The translations under genes were made by a program, and so were the position numbers. The notes below the pieces were generated by a model. That model searched no databases. It was given only the letters and a program-made list of their open reading frames with translations, and was not told the origin of the DNA. 64,000 nt of DNA from a bacterium (GTDB lineage: Bacteria; UBA8248; JACPRG01; G963555815). Numbering within the stretch: the first letter of the stretch is position 1; every line of letters starts with the position of its first letter. Positions 9,197-18,839 of the stretch are shown here, piece by piece. The stretch lies in the NCBI GenBank assembly GCA_963555815.3, contig CAUVWX020000001.1, forward strand, positions 544,001-608,000. The letters are read 5' to 3'.

Positions 9197-10645
9197 CTAT
9201 TCGTGAGTCCAGAGCTGGTTTCTTGTGGGCTGGCCGGGATTGATGCTCCCCTCGGGGTGGATTCCCAGGGCCCTCTTCTGAACCCGACCGAGGGCCTCCT
9301 CAACCTGGATCTTGCGGGCGGCGGCCTCTCTGAGGGTGCTGATAAAGACCGCCTCCACCGTGGCCCAGTCGGAGAACCCGGGCTGGAACCACCCTCGCCG
9401 GGTGCCGTGGATGGCGGGAGCAAAGGCCGAATGCCTCATGACAAAAGGAAGATTGAGCGTGGATTTCCGGATTGGCAGCCCACCTCCCGGCCCCTCAATC
9501 CACTTCTCCTGGACCTCCTTTGAGCTCATCCATTGGACGAGGAGATAGGCCGCCTCGGGGTTCTTGCTGTATCTGCTAATGACAAAGGGCCCGGCCTCGC
9601 CCCACCCCCCCGGTTCCATCCCCTCTTCCCTGACGGGGAGAAGGGAATAGCCGTAGAGCCCCACGGCCTTAGAGATCCTCGGGTCGTCAATAGCGAAAGA
9701 GAAGTCACTCCGATGGATAGCTTGGGCAACGTTCCCTTTGGTCATCCAGATAAAGAGACCCATGCGGCCAGTTTCGGTCACCTGGGGGGGAGCAAATCTT
9801 CGCATGTCAAACCACCACTTCATGGCCTCTATATTTCGTGGATGATCGAAGGTGGGACGCCCCTCCTCGTCAAACAGGCTACCCCCCCACCCCTGCAAGA
9901 CGGTGTACCACTCCCAAGCGGTGGACTGCTCCCGTTCTCCTGACAAGCCTATTCCATAAAAATCTTCCTCCAAGACCTTCCCCGCGAGTTCCTCACCCTT
10001 TTTTCGGGTAAAGAACTCGGCGACGTCCCTCATCTGCTGAAAAGTCTTCGCGGGCCCCAGGTCATAACCGTATTTCCTCTTAAAGACGGCCTGCTCCTCG
10101 GGGTGCGTGAAGAGGTCATTTCGATACCAGTAGATCTCCTGGAAGTTGAACGTCAGAAAGCAGGCCCGCTTTCCGCCTTCGAAGAGACAGTTGTCATCCC
10201 AAAGGGGCTGGAAAAAATCCTCGGGGTCGAGGTCCGGGTCCCGGAGCTCGCGGTCCTCCATAAAATCGTTAATCCAGCGCACATGGCCGTTGAGGGCCCA
10301 GTCCTGAGCCCGGTTGTGATGCATTTGAAGGACGTCGAAATGCCCAGTTCGGGAAAAAAGGTCGGCGTCGCCCTTTTCGTTCCATTGCTCAAGGCTATAT
10401 TTCTCGATCTTTACGTTGATCCCGGTGCGGGCGACGAACTCTCTCTCGACGAGCTTCAAGAGGCCGTTCATGACAGAGACGAGGGCCACCCCCAGGACGA
10501 TGGTCTTCCCCCGGTATGGCCGGGCCGCCTCCTCCAGGGTCAAACCAAAGGCCCCGGGTGTCAGAATCAAGCCCAGGGCAGCGACAAACCCCAGCCTTAG
10601 AGTCCCTTTCAGGGCCCCTCGCACAAATAAGCTTCTTTTCATCAA
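9197..10645 (-). CDS. Extracellular solute-binding protein (carbohydrate ABC type)
   Basis: Signal peptide; YWYRNDLF, YGYDLGPAKT and SKNPEAAYLLVQW patterns. Confidence 0.82.
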   Translation of the reverse strand: MMKRSLFVRGALKGTLRLGFVAALGLILTPGAFGLTLEEAARPYRGKTIVLGVALVSVMNGLLKLVEREFVARTGINVKIEKYSLEQWNEKGDADLFSRTGHFDVLQMHHNRAQDWALNGHVRWINDFMEDRELRDPDLDPEDFFQPLWDDNCLFEGGKRACFLTFNFQEIYWYRNDLFTHPEEQAVFKRKYGYDLGPAKTFQQMRDVAEFFTRKKGEELAGKVLEEDFYGIGLSGEREQSTAWEWYTVLQGWGGSLFDEEGRPTFDHPRNIEAMKWWFDMRRFAPPQVTETGRMGLFIWMTKGNVAQAIHRSDFSFAIDDPRISKAVGLYGYSLLPVREEGMEPGGWGEAGPFVISRYSKNPEAAYLLVQWMSSKEVQEKWIEGPGGGLPIRKSTLNLPFVMRHSAFAPAIHGTRRGWFQPGFSDWATVEAVFISTLREAAARKIQVEEALGRVQKRALGIHPEGSINPGQPTRNQLWTHE

Positions 10646-10723
10646 GAGGCCTGGTTCCAGAGATGGGCTTCGAGAGACAGCGCTATCTTCCTCTCCTCCG
10701 ACGGAGAGCCCCCAAGCGACCGT

Positions 10724-11461
10724 TTAGAGTCTATTGAGGCATTTTACCACCTTGATCATCATATCGTTCAGGGCCTGCTGGAGGATCCTCCCGCCGGTCT
10801 CGTTCACCACGTTCCCATCCTCGTCCTGGCCGAAGCTCCCCCAGGGCGTGACGATACTTCCCCCGGATACCTTGAAGACTTTCTTTATGACGGATGTCCT
10901 GGAGGCCAGGATCTCCCGCGTCTCGATGTCCACGAGGCGCCCCGCCACCTGGACAGTATAGGTGACCGACCCTCCGCTACCGCCAAGCCCGAACCTTCCG
11001 ATTGAGATGCCCCGCCGGCCCTTTCCCTTCACGATGTTGAAGTCTGTCACCGATCCCATGAAGGCCAGGTTCGTCCCCAGGTGTTTTCCCACTTGGGCGG
11101 CCGTGTCGTCATCGACGAGGTCCGAGACATTGTGTCTCAGCTCCCTCATGATCTTTTCGAACTCGGGGCCCGTTGCCTCTATCGTCCGAAAACCGGCGTC
11201 CTGAAGGAACTCAATGAGAAAATCGCTCGATGCGTTCCCCAGAAAGGCATACCGAGAGAGAGATTTGTTGACAAAAGCGAAGATGGCCACCTTCTGGCCG
11301 AAAAACTTATCGCTCACTTCGGGGATCGGCTGGAGGACCGCCTCCTGCCCCACCTCAAATGCCACCTCGGGCTCTTGAGCAAATCCCTGCCCTTGCGCAA
11401 AGCCCATTACAAAAAGGGCTGCGAACAAGAGGACTCTGCCTGACCATGACCACCTTTTCAT
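10724..11461 (-). CDS. CsgG/HfaB-family exported protein
   Basis: AGGAGG RBS before MKRWSW; signal peptide; TAAQVGKHLG...GSVTDF...RLVDIETREI pattern. Confidence 0.7.
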   Translation of the reverse strand: MKRWSWSGRVLLFAALFVMGFAQGQGFAQEPEVAFEVGQEAVLQPIPEVSDKFFGQKVAIFAFVNKSLSRYAFLGNASSDFLIEFLQDAGFRTIEATGPEFEKIMRELRHNVSDLVDDDTAAQVGKHLGTNLAFMGSVTDFNIVKGKGRRGISIGRFGLGGSGGSVTYTVQVAGRLVDIETREILASRTSVIKKVFKVSGGSIVTPWGSFGQDEDGNVVNETGGRILQQALNDMMIKVVKCLNRL

Positions 11462-11925
11462 CTTCCCTCCTCCTCGCTCTCTCCCCGATGTCCCCGCAAC
11501 TTTCTTAAGTTTTCCCCTTCGGCCGCACTCGGGGTTAAACCCGCCACCAGGAACGAAATCCCACCTAGAACCAAATAGATGACCCTTCTCTGGAATCGCA
11601 TTCTCGCCTATATCAATAGGATAAATTTTCTCACAGCCCGCTTTGGGATTCAACGGCGACTCAGGTAATTTTAAAAATAGGTGAAGAATGACCCTGGAGC
11701 AAGGCAAAAGCTTCGGGCCTGCGATAGGGAGTTTTTCACCCCTTCGGAGGAAATGAGCGGATGGTTTGACACGGAGGCCTGCAGGCGATAGCTTTGTCCC
11801 GTTTCCAGAATGTGGCGGTGATTGCGGGACTATTCCGAAGAGGACCGCCGGCTCGACTTGCACGGTCGGCTTGACCGAGGAGAGGGCCCCTTCTCAAGGG
11901 ACTTCTCCTAAAAAAGGCTTTGCCC

Positions 11926-13692
11926 ATGAGCTCTACTTCCTACCAAACGGGGCCCGTCCGGGGGATTTCACGCTCCACTTCCATTCTCCTCATCCTCCTT
12001 ATCCTTGGGCTCGCCCTCACCCTGCGGACCGTGGGGATTGGCCAACCGATCAGCGCCGCCTTTCACCCCGTGAACTCTTTAGCGGCTGGATTCAGGTTGA
12101 CGCTGGCGCCCCTCTTGGGAGGCGAATCCCCCCTCGATAACTTCTTCGGCCAGCTTTTTGTCTTCTACCGGGGGGTGACTGCCCCTCTTGTCCTGCTCAT
12201 TGAGCTAAAGGTCCTGGCCCTCCTGGGGGCGAGGTTTTCAGAGTTTCTCCTCGCCCTCCCTTTTGTCCTGATCGGGGTGCTCGGGGTTTTTTGTCTCTAT
12301 GCCCTGGGTCGGCGCTGGTTCGGCACCAGGGCGGGCCTTCTCGCGGCCCTCTTCCTCACCCTCGCCTCCTGGCACGTGGCAAACTCCAGGACCCCCCAGG
12401 CCCTGGTGGCCGTCTTCCTGGTTCAGGTCCTGGTCTTCCTCACGTTAGACAAGCTCTTCGAGACAAGACGTCGGATCTGGGCGCTCTTGGCGTCCCTTGC
12501 TCTCCTCTTAGAAGTCCTCTCCAATAACGGCTTCCCCTTCACTATTGTAGCGGTCTTGTATTTTCTTCGGGCCAGGGGGGAGAGGTCTTGGCAGAAAACC
12601 TGGCATCTTCTTCGGCAGACACGGTTTCTCCCCCTCGCGGCCATCCCGCTCGTGGCCATTCTGGCCCAGGGGCTTTTGTTCCTCCTCGCCATCCGGCGAA
12701 ATGAATTGATGGGTCTTCTGGCCTGGTCCAATCAACACAGCCGCTTCTTCTTCGACGTCGGCCCCTCGGTCATCATTCACGGCGAGGGGCAGGGCATCGT
12801 GACCAATATGCTGGGAAGCCTTCGCAACATCGGGGTGGGGCTGAATTTCTTCTTCGCCTTCTTCGGCCTTCTCGGCTTCATTGTCTATTTCCGCCACCTC
12901 TGGCAGTTCAACATCAAGGGATTTCTGGTTTTTTGGTATCTTGTCCTGGGGGTACCCCAGATCATCTTCTTCTTCACCTTTCCCGAGATTGCGGCGACCA
13001 ACATCGCCATCCCGATCCTTCTCCTGGGGTCCTCCCTCTTGTCCGACCTGTGGCAGATATCGCGAAGAAAGGTCGTCTTGCAAGTGGCGGCGGGAGGCCT
13101 TTTGGCCGGGGTCGCGCTGGAAGGTTTTTTGGCGTCCCTTCACGTGAACTACAGCTTCTCCACCCCCAACCGCGCTTGGTATTTTCCGGCTGAGGCCGAG
13201 AACGGCTACGGGTCAGGCCGCGGCTATCGCGCCATCAAATCCACCGCCTACTTCGTCCGGACCCAGATCCCAGAGGAGGCGAAGGTCCACGTGAACCATC
13301 ACGACCTCCTCTCAGAGCTCTATTTCGACCGGCAGCTTTGCCTCTGCGGTGGGCAGGGACTAAAAACCCTTTTCAGAAAGGACGAAGACCTTCGCACCCC
13401 CGACATCGACTACTTCGTGGAATACAATCCACTTCTGGACGGGTGGGGAAATCTCACCGATCTAAATGCCTACAGGGCGTGGAAGGAAAAGAGCGTTCGG
13501 GGCCCCGAATTTCCCCTCATTGCGACCATCGTGGACGGAGACCTGGTCCTGGCAAAAATTTTCAGCCGAAGGCCGGCTGAGCCCTTGAGGTTTGACCACG
13601 GCGACCTGGCCAGAAGGTTTGGCGAGGAGTTTTACTTCCCCAAGATCTTTGCCCAGAATCCCCGCGTCGGGATGACCTTCTGGCGGGAGTGA
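11926..13692 (+). CDS. GT-C fold glycosyltransferase (GT39/ArnT-like membrane protein)
   Basis: Many TM helices; YALGRRWFGTRAGLLAALFL..SWHVANSR segment. Confidence 0.7.
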   Translation: MSSTSYQTGPVRGISRSTSILLILLILGLALTLRTVGIGQPISAAFHPVNSLAAGFRLTLAPLLGGESPLDNFFGQLFVFYRGVTAPLVLLIELKVLALLGARFSEFLLALPFVLIGVLGVFCLYALGRRWFGTRAGLLAALFLTLASWHVANSRTPQALVAVFLVQVLVFLTLDKLFETRRRIWALLASLALLLEVLSNNGFPFTIVAVLYFLRARGERSWQKTWHLLRQTRFLPLAAIPLVAILAQGLLFLLAIRRNELMGLLAWSNQHSRFFFDVGPSVIIHGEGQGIVTNMLGSLRNIGVGLNFFFAFFGLLGFIVYFRHLWQFNIKGFLVFWYLVLGVPQIIFFFTFPEIAATNIAIPILLLGSSLLSDLWQISRRKVVLQVAAGGLLAGVALEGFLASLHVNYSFSTPNRAWYFPAEAENGYGSGRGYRAIKSTAYFVRTQIPEEAKVHVNHHDLLSELYFDRQLCLCGGQGLKTLFRKDEDLRTPDIDYFVEYNPLLDGWGNLTDLNAYRAWKEKSVRGPEFPLIATIVDGDLVLAKIFSRRPAEPLRFDHGDLARRFGEEFYFPKIFAQNPRVGMTFWRE

Positions 13693-13707
13693 ACTTAACT
13701 CACCTCG

Positions 13708-14517
13708 ATGGAACTGAAAGCGCTTTTCTCAGTCAAAAAGCCTCTCCTGGGCATGGTCCACCTCCTCCCACTCCCCGGGAGCCCCAGCTACGGCGGGGAC
13801 TTGGGGGTGATCCTGGAGCGAGCCCTCGAGGACGGACAGACCCTTCGGGCGGGGGGTGCACATGGCCTCGTCATTGAGAATTTTGGGGACCTCCCCTTCC
13901 TTCCGGGGAGGGTGGAGGCCATCACCGTGGCGGCCATGACCCGCGTCGTCTCTGAGGTCCGCCGGTCCGTGGACCTCCCCTGCGGGGTGAGCGTCCTTCG
14001 GAACGACGCCGAGGCGGCCCTCAGCATTGCGACTGCCACAGGATCATCCTTCATCCGCGTCGGGATCCACATCGGCGCCATGGTGACCGATCAGGGGATC
14101 ATCCAGGGTCGAGCCCACAAGACGCTTCGCCTTCGGAGCCAACTTGGCGTCCCTCTAAAAATCTTCGCCGACCTTCAGGTGAAACACGCCCATCCCCTTG
14201 GCACCCCGGACCCAGAGCGCGAGGCGAGAGATCTGACGGGAAGGGGGTTGGCCGACGCGGTGGTGGTGTCGGGCGTGGCGACGGGGGAACCGGCTGACCT
14301 AGAGGTCGTGGACCAAATTAAAAGTGCGATCCCAGAAACCCCGGTTCTGGTGGGCAGCGGTGTGTGCGAAGAAAATGTGGAGGCTACGCTGAAAGTGGCG
14401 GATGGGGCCATCGTGGGCACCCACCTGAAGGAAGGGGGGCTCATCGACCGTCCCGTCGACCAGGCCCGCGTGGAGGCTCTGGTGCGAAAAGGCCGTTCAG
14501 TCCCTCTGTCTTCCTGA
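13708..14517 (+). CDS. BtpA/SgcQ family TIM-barrel protein
   Basis: GMVHLLPLPGSP, ENFGDLPF, DLQVKH and GSGV motifs. Confidence 0.93.
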   Translation: MELKALFSVKKPLLGMVHLLPLPGSPSYGGDLGVILERALEDGQTLRAGGAHGLVIENFGDLPFLPGRVEAITVAAMTRVVSEVRRSVDLPCGVSVLRNDAEAALSIATATGSSFIRVGIHIGAMVTDQGIIQGRAHKTLRLRSQLGVPLKIFADLQVKHAHPLGTPDPEREARDLTGRGLADAVVVSGVATGEPADLEVVDQIKSAIPETPVLVGSGVCEENVEATLKVADGAIVGTHLKEGGLIDRPVDQARVEALVRKGRSVPLSS

Positions 14518-14526
14518 AAGGTTCTC

Positions 14527-15480
14527 ATGGAGATCATCTCCGTCAGCCGCAGGACGGACATCCCGGCCTTCTACGCCGAATGGTTTCGAGGCAGATTCCG
14601 GGCGGGATGCGTGCGGTGGCGAAATCCCTATGGAGGCAAACCCCAGGAGGTCTCTTTGCGGCCTGAAGACGTGCGGGGCTATGTCTTCTGGTCCAGGAAC
14701 TACGGTCCATTCCTTTCTGTTTTGGATGAGATCTCTAGGACTGGAGTCCCTTTCTATTGCCACTACACCCTCACGGGGCTTCCAGGGGCCCTGGAGCCCA
14801 GAGTCCCGCCCTGGACTCGGGGCGTCGAAGTGGCTCGCACGCTGGCCGACACCTTCGGCCCTGACCGCCTCGTCTGGCGCTACGACCCCATCGTCCTCTC
14901 CTCAGCGACGCAGGCGGATTTTCATCGGCGCCGGTTTGGAGAGATGGCTCGCCACCTTGCCGGGGCGACCCGGCGCTGCATCATGAGCTTCACCGTCTTC
15001 TACCGCAAGGTGCTGCGAAACGCAGAGGATCTTCGGGCCGAGAAGGGGATCCGTCTCCTTGACCCGAACGTAGATGAGAGGCGGGCGCTGGCCGCTGAGC
15101 TCTCCGAGATGGCGCATGCGGAAGGGATCGCCCTGGAGGCATGCTGCAGCGATGATCTGCTTTCCACTGCCGGGGGTGGGAAGATCGGGAAGGCGAGGTG
15201 CGTGGATGCGGCCCGGCTGCTGGCGCTAGGGGGTCGCGCGGAGGAAGTCCGGGAATCGGTGCCCTCTCGGCCTACGCGCGAGGAGTGCGGCTGTTCCGCG
15301 AGCCGGGACATCGGCGCCTACGACACCTGCCCCCATGGATGCGTCTACTGCTACGCCAATTCCAGTCCAGCCCTCGCCCTAACACATTTTCGGACCCTCA
15401 GGGCCGGAAACCCTCAGAGGGTCGAGCTCGTCCCCCGAGAGGAACAAGGGGCTCAACGCGCCGCAGGCCACTCTTCCTAA
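14527..15480 (+). CDS. DUF1848 family protein (radical SAM-like, C-terminal CxxxCxxC)
   Basis: IISVSRRTDIPAFY, WRYDPI and DIGAYDTCPHGCVYCYA. Confidence 0.9.
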   Translation: MEIISVSRRTDIPAFYAEWFRGRFRAGCVRWRNPYGGKPQEVSLRPEDVRGYVFWSRNYGPFLSVLDEISRTGVPFYCHYTLTGLPGALEPRVPPWTRGVEVARTLADTFGPDRLVWRYDPIVLSSATQADFHRRRFGEMARHLAGATRRCIMSFTVFYRKVLRNAEDLRAEKGIRLLDPNVDERRALAAELSEMAHAEGIALEACCSDDLLSTAGGGKIGKARCVDAARLLALGGRAEEVRESVPSRPTREECGCSASRDIGAYDTCPHGCVYCYANSSPALALTHFRTLRAGNPQRVELVPREEQGAQRAAGHSS

Positions 15481-15693
15481 TGCCCTGCCGCTCTTCTGGT
15501 CACCTGAAAGTTCAATGGGAAAAACAGGTTGGCCGGGGAGGGAAACTTACCGAAGCAACGTCTATGGAATACCCCTTTACATGGGGCCCTCAGCTTCTAA
15601 CCCTTCTTCTATTTGGCTCGGACCTACATTCCAATCGCTAAAAGAATTAAAGAATCCAGCCTGGCACAGGCATTCAGAGCGTCCGAGCTACGG

Positions 15694-15718
15694 CCTGGGA
15701 GAGATCAATCCTCCCAGG
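15694..15718. terminator. Hairpin just downstream of the small basic protein gene
   Basis: cctgggag...ctcccagg, 8-bp arms. Confidence 0.5.
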
Positions 15719-15724
15719 TGGAGA

Positions 15725-15838
15725 CTACCGACGACGAGCCTTTTTCTTAGCTTTCTTCTTCGTAGTCTTTTTCTTCTTAGTCGTTGCCTCCTTCTTTGCT
15801 TTCTTCTTTGTGACCTTCTTCTTTCTCTTTACTGGCAT
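15725..15838 (-). CDS. 37-aa Lys/Arg-rich histone H1/protamine-like small protein (not in ORF track)
   Basis: MPVKRKKKVTKKKAKKEATTKKKKTTKKKAKKKARRR; GGGAGG RBS; upstream TTGCTA-N18-TATTAT. Confidence 0.8.
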   Translation of the reverse strand: MPVKRKKKVTKKKAKKEATTKKKKTTKKKAKKKARRR

Positions 15839-16311
15839 ACAACTTCCTCCCTTCGTTGTCTCTACGTGCTCTCATCAATCCTCACGCCTGCGCCAAAGCC
15901 TGAGGCTAAAATCTAGAATAATATGATGCATAAAAAAAATTTAGCAATCTTTTTCGTCACAAAATGAAAAAAAATTTACATCCAGTGACGGGGATTTTTT
16001 CGATCCGTCGGTCCGAGATCAGAATCAAGAAAGAAAATCATTTCGTCCAAGTGATTTCTGACTCCCTACTCACCTCGAAGGAAGATTCATGCAAATCCCT
16101 ATCATATAAGGGTTCGCATAGAGTTTAGTTTTTTAATGGTCGCTCTTGAACGTCCACCCGACGTCTTTGAAGAAGGAGTCGCCGGCCATTTCTTTCGTTC
16201 AGAACGGGCAGAAAGATCGCGATGTTGTGAGGAGAAAAAAGTTTGCTGAAACTTTAGACAAACGTGGAAAAAATGGAAATTGATCTAAAATTCTTTAAGT
16301 CCGCCGCCGTT

Positions 16312-16692
16312 CTAAGATCTTGCCCGTGGGTCTGCGTAAGATTTCAGGATCTCTGGAAGGACCTCTACGAAGGTCGAGCGGATGAGGACCTCGTTGCAAC
16401 CTGCCTCTAGCGCCTGTTGTCGAAGCTCCACGCTGGTATGGCGCAAAAAACCGACGATGGGGATCCCTTGCGTCTTTGAATTCCCCTTGAGGTTTCGGAC
16501 AAGGCTCACCGGGTCTCCCCCCACTGAGTCCAGATCCACCACGATGAGGGGTGGGACCTCCTGACTTACGGTCTCAAGGACCTGCTCACAGGTGACAAGA
16601 CACCGCATGGATATGCCAAGCGCTCGGGCCGCCGCGTCCAGCTTGGACGAGAAAAAGAGATCCCCAACGGCAATGAGGATGGGACTGGCCAT
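16312..16692 (-). CDS. Single-domain response regulator receiver protein
   Basis: PPLIVVDLD, IPIVGF and ALEAGC; CheY-like size. Confidence 0.8.
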   Translation of the reverse strand: MASPILIAVGDLFFSSKLDAAARALGISMRCLVTCEQVLETVSQEVPPLIVVDLDSVGGDPVSLVRNLKGNSKTQGIPIVGFLRHTSVELRQQALEAGCNEVLIRSTFVEVLPEILKSYADPRARS

Positions 16693-16960
16693 ATCTCCCT
16701 CCCAGAGGGGGTCCGCTTAGACCCGGAGAAGAGAGCTCCGGGTGCCTCACCCACCTATTGTATCCCAGAGGGCGAAATTCTTATCTTCTGTGGAGCCCTC
16801 CCCGCTCTCGTTTCAGCTCCGGCTCAACCGATGGCCACAACTCCCACCGGGAGGTTAAGAGGATAACACGGGCATACAGGGGCGGCGTTGACACGAAATC
16901 CTTTCCACCCTATTTTGAAGAGTATCCCTTTAATCCCCTCTCTCGTAGAGGTGTATTCAA

Positions 16961-18073
16961 GTGCCCACGCTGCTGACGGCGAAGAACGGGAAGCCTGATC
17001 TCAAGGGCCTCACCGAGAGGGAGTTCCTGGAACTCGCCGAGGATCTCGGCCTTCCCCCTTACCGGGGACGACAGTTAGCGCGCTGGGTCTTCGTCCGGGG
17101 GAGCCGGTCCTTCGATGAGATGACGGACCTGCCCAAGGACCTTCGGCCTCGCCTGGCGGAATCATGCACGATTACCCACCTCGTCCCCGAGACCTTTCAG
17201 GCCTCCCGGGACGGAATCCGAAAATTTCTCTTCCGCACCTCCGTCGGCCATCCCTTCGAGAGCGTCCTCATCCCAGACTCAGGCCGCCTCACGCTCTGTC
17301 TCTCGGTCCAGGCGGGGTGTCGCATGGGGTGCGCCTTCTGTGCTACGGGAACCTTGGGACTTCTGGAGCAGCTCAAGGCCGCCTCGATCGTCGATCAATA
17401 TCTCGCCGCTCGTCGGGCAGCCCCCGAAGAGAGGATGACGAACCTGGTCTTCATGGGGATGGGGGAACCTCTCGACAACTATGAAGAAGTGGCAAGGGCA
17501 CTTCGGATCTTGACCCATCCCGCGTGGCTGGCGGTCTCACCTCGGCGAATCACGGTCTCAACCTGCGGCCTCGTCCCGGCGATGACCCGGTTCAAGGCAG
17601 AGTTTCCCCAGGTCCGCCTGGCCGTCTCCCTCGGTGCACCTGACGATGAGCGGCGAAACCAGCTTATCCCCGTCAACAAGAAATATCCCCTCGCCGTCCT
17701 CCTGGACGCCTGCCGACAGATTCATCTTCCACCACGTCAGCGCATCACGTTCGAGTACTGTCTCCTTTCCGGCGTCAACGATTCCCCTGAAGATGCGAGC
17801 CGCCTGGGCGAACTCCTAAAGGGGATCCGGTGCAAGGTGAACCTTATCCCCTTTAACGAATCCCCAGGGCTCCCCTACCGAAGACCCGAAGCGGCCGTCG
17901 TCAACCGGTTTGCCGCCCTGCTGTCGAAGGTCGGGATGACGGTCACTGTCCGGGAAAGCCGCGGGCGGGACATCGATGCCGCCTGCGGGCAGTTGGCGGG
18001 AAAATTCTCTCCGGGTCCAAATTCCACGGCCCGGATTCCATTGACAGACCCCCCCCGCGGGCGGATAGATTGA
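16961..18073 (+). CDS. rlmN: 23S rRNA m2A2503 methyltransferase RlmN
   Basis: CLSVQAGCRMGCAFC, MGMGEP, NLIPFN and DIDAACGQL. Confidence 0.95.
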   Translation: MPTLLTAKNGKPDLKGLTEREFLELAEDLGLPPYRGRQLARWVFVRGSRSFDEMTDLPKDLRPRLAESCTITHLVPETFQASRDGIRKFLFRTSVGHPFESVLIPDSGRLTLCLSVQAGCRMGCAFCATGTLGLLEQLKAASIVDQYLAARRAAPEERMTNLVFMGMGEPLDNYEEVARALRILTHPAWLAVSPRRITVSTCGLVPAMTRFKAEFPQVRLAVSLGAPDDERRNQLIPVNKKYPLAVLLDACRQIHLPPRQRITFEYCLLSGVNDSPEDASRLGELLKGIRCKVNLIPFNESPGLPYRRPEAAVVNRFAALLSKVGMTVTVRESRGRDIDAACGQLAGKFSPGPNSTARIPLTDPPRGRID

Positions 18074-18100
18074 CGGCAAGTCTTTCTGAGGGCCGCTAGG

Positions 18101-18586
18101 ATGCAGGCAGCTGTCTATCCAGGGACTTTCGACCCTTTCACCAACGGTCACTTGGACATCATCCATCGCTCGGCTCGGATGTTTGACCGCGTGATCGTCT
18201 GCGTCGCCAAGAATCTCAAAAAGCCCCCCTTTTTCTCCATCGAGGAGCGCGTGGGGTTCATCCGCGAGGCCTTGGCAGGGGTTTCGTCGGTTTCGGTGGA
18301 GCCCTTTGACAGCCTCCTGGTGAAATTTGCACGGGACCAGGGGGCGAACGTCATCGTCCGGGGGCTTCGAGCCGTCTCTGACTTTGAGTATGAATTCCAG
18401 ATGGCCCTGATGAACCGAAGCCTCGACAACGAGGTGGAAACGGTCTTCTTGGCACCCCGTCAGGAGTATTCCTACCTCAGCAGCGCCATCGTCAAGGAGG
18501 TGGCCCAGTACGGGGGCGACGTCTCGGGCCTGGTGCCTGCGGCCGTGGAGAAGGCCCTGAAGAAGAAGTTTTCGCCCCGCAGATGA
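18101..18586 (+). CDS. coaD: Pantetheine-phosphate adenylyltransferase
   Basis: YPGTFDPFTNGHLDI and RGLRAVSDFEYE. Confidence 0.97.
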   Translation: MQAAVYPGTFDPFTNGHLDIIHRSARMFDRVIVCVAKNLKKPPFFSIEERVGFIREALAGVSSVSVEPFDSLLVKFARDQGANVIVRGLRAVSDFEYEFQMALMNRSLDNEVETVFLAPRQEYSYLSSAIVKEVAQYGGDVSGLVPAAVEKALKKKFSPRR

Positions 18587-18662
18587 AGGCCCCCAGTCCT
18601 CCCCTGTGAGGCGTTTCGGAAGGGGATGGGGGGCCAAGCTGAGATGGAGATTAACCGGAAAG

Positions 18663-18839
18663 ATGCTCTACTACATCGGACGGGCGATGCAGGTAGTGGC
18701 GCTGCTGCAGGTTGGGACCGCTTTGTTTATCGGAGTGACCCGGGAAGGGGCGGTCAGATACGAGCTTCAGTGGCTGGGGATCGGCGTGGCCATCTTTCTG
18801 ACAGGCAAGCTGCTTGAGCGAAAGGGGGCATCGGGATGA
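18663..18839 (+). CDS. Small 2-TM membrane protein
   Basis: MLYYIGRAMQ...; its stop overlaps the next ATG (ATGA). Confidence 0.6.
   Translation: MLYYIGRAMQVVALLQVGTALFIGVTREGAVRYELQWLGIGVAIFLTGKLLERKGASG

Noticed and set aside
11690..11760. c-di-GMP (GEMM) riboswitch suggested by ggcaaaagcttcgggcct
   Set aside because: Only a fragmentary resemblance; the first stem with its GAAA loop is not recognisable.
11462..11863. N-terminal 134 aa of the 379-aa track ORF
   Set aside because: Looks like intergenic promoter sequence; the RBS and signal peptide point to a start at 11461.
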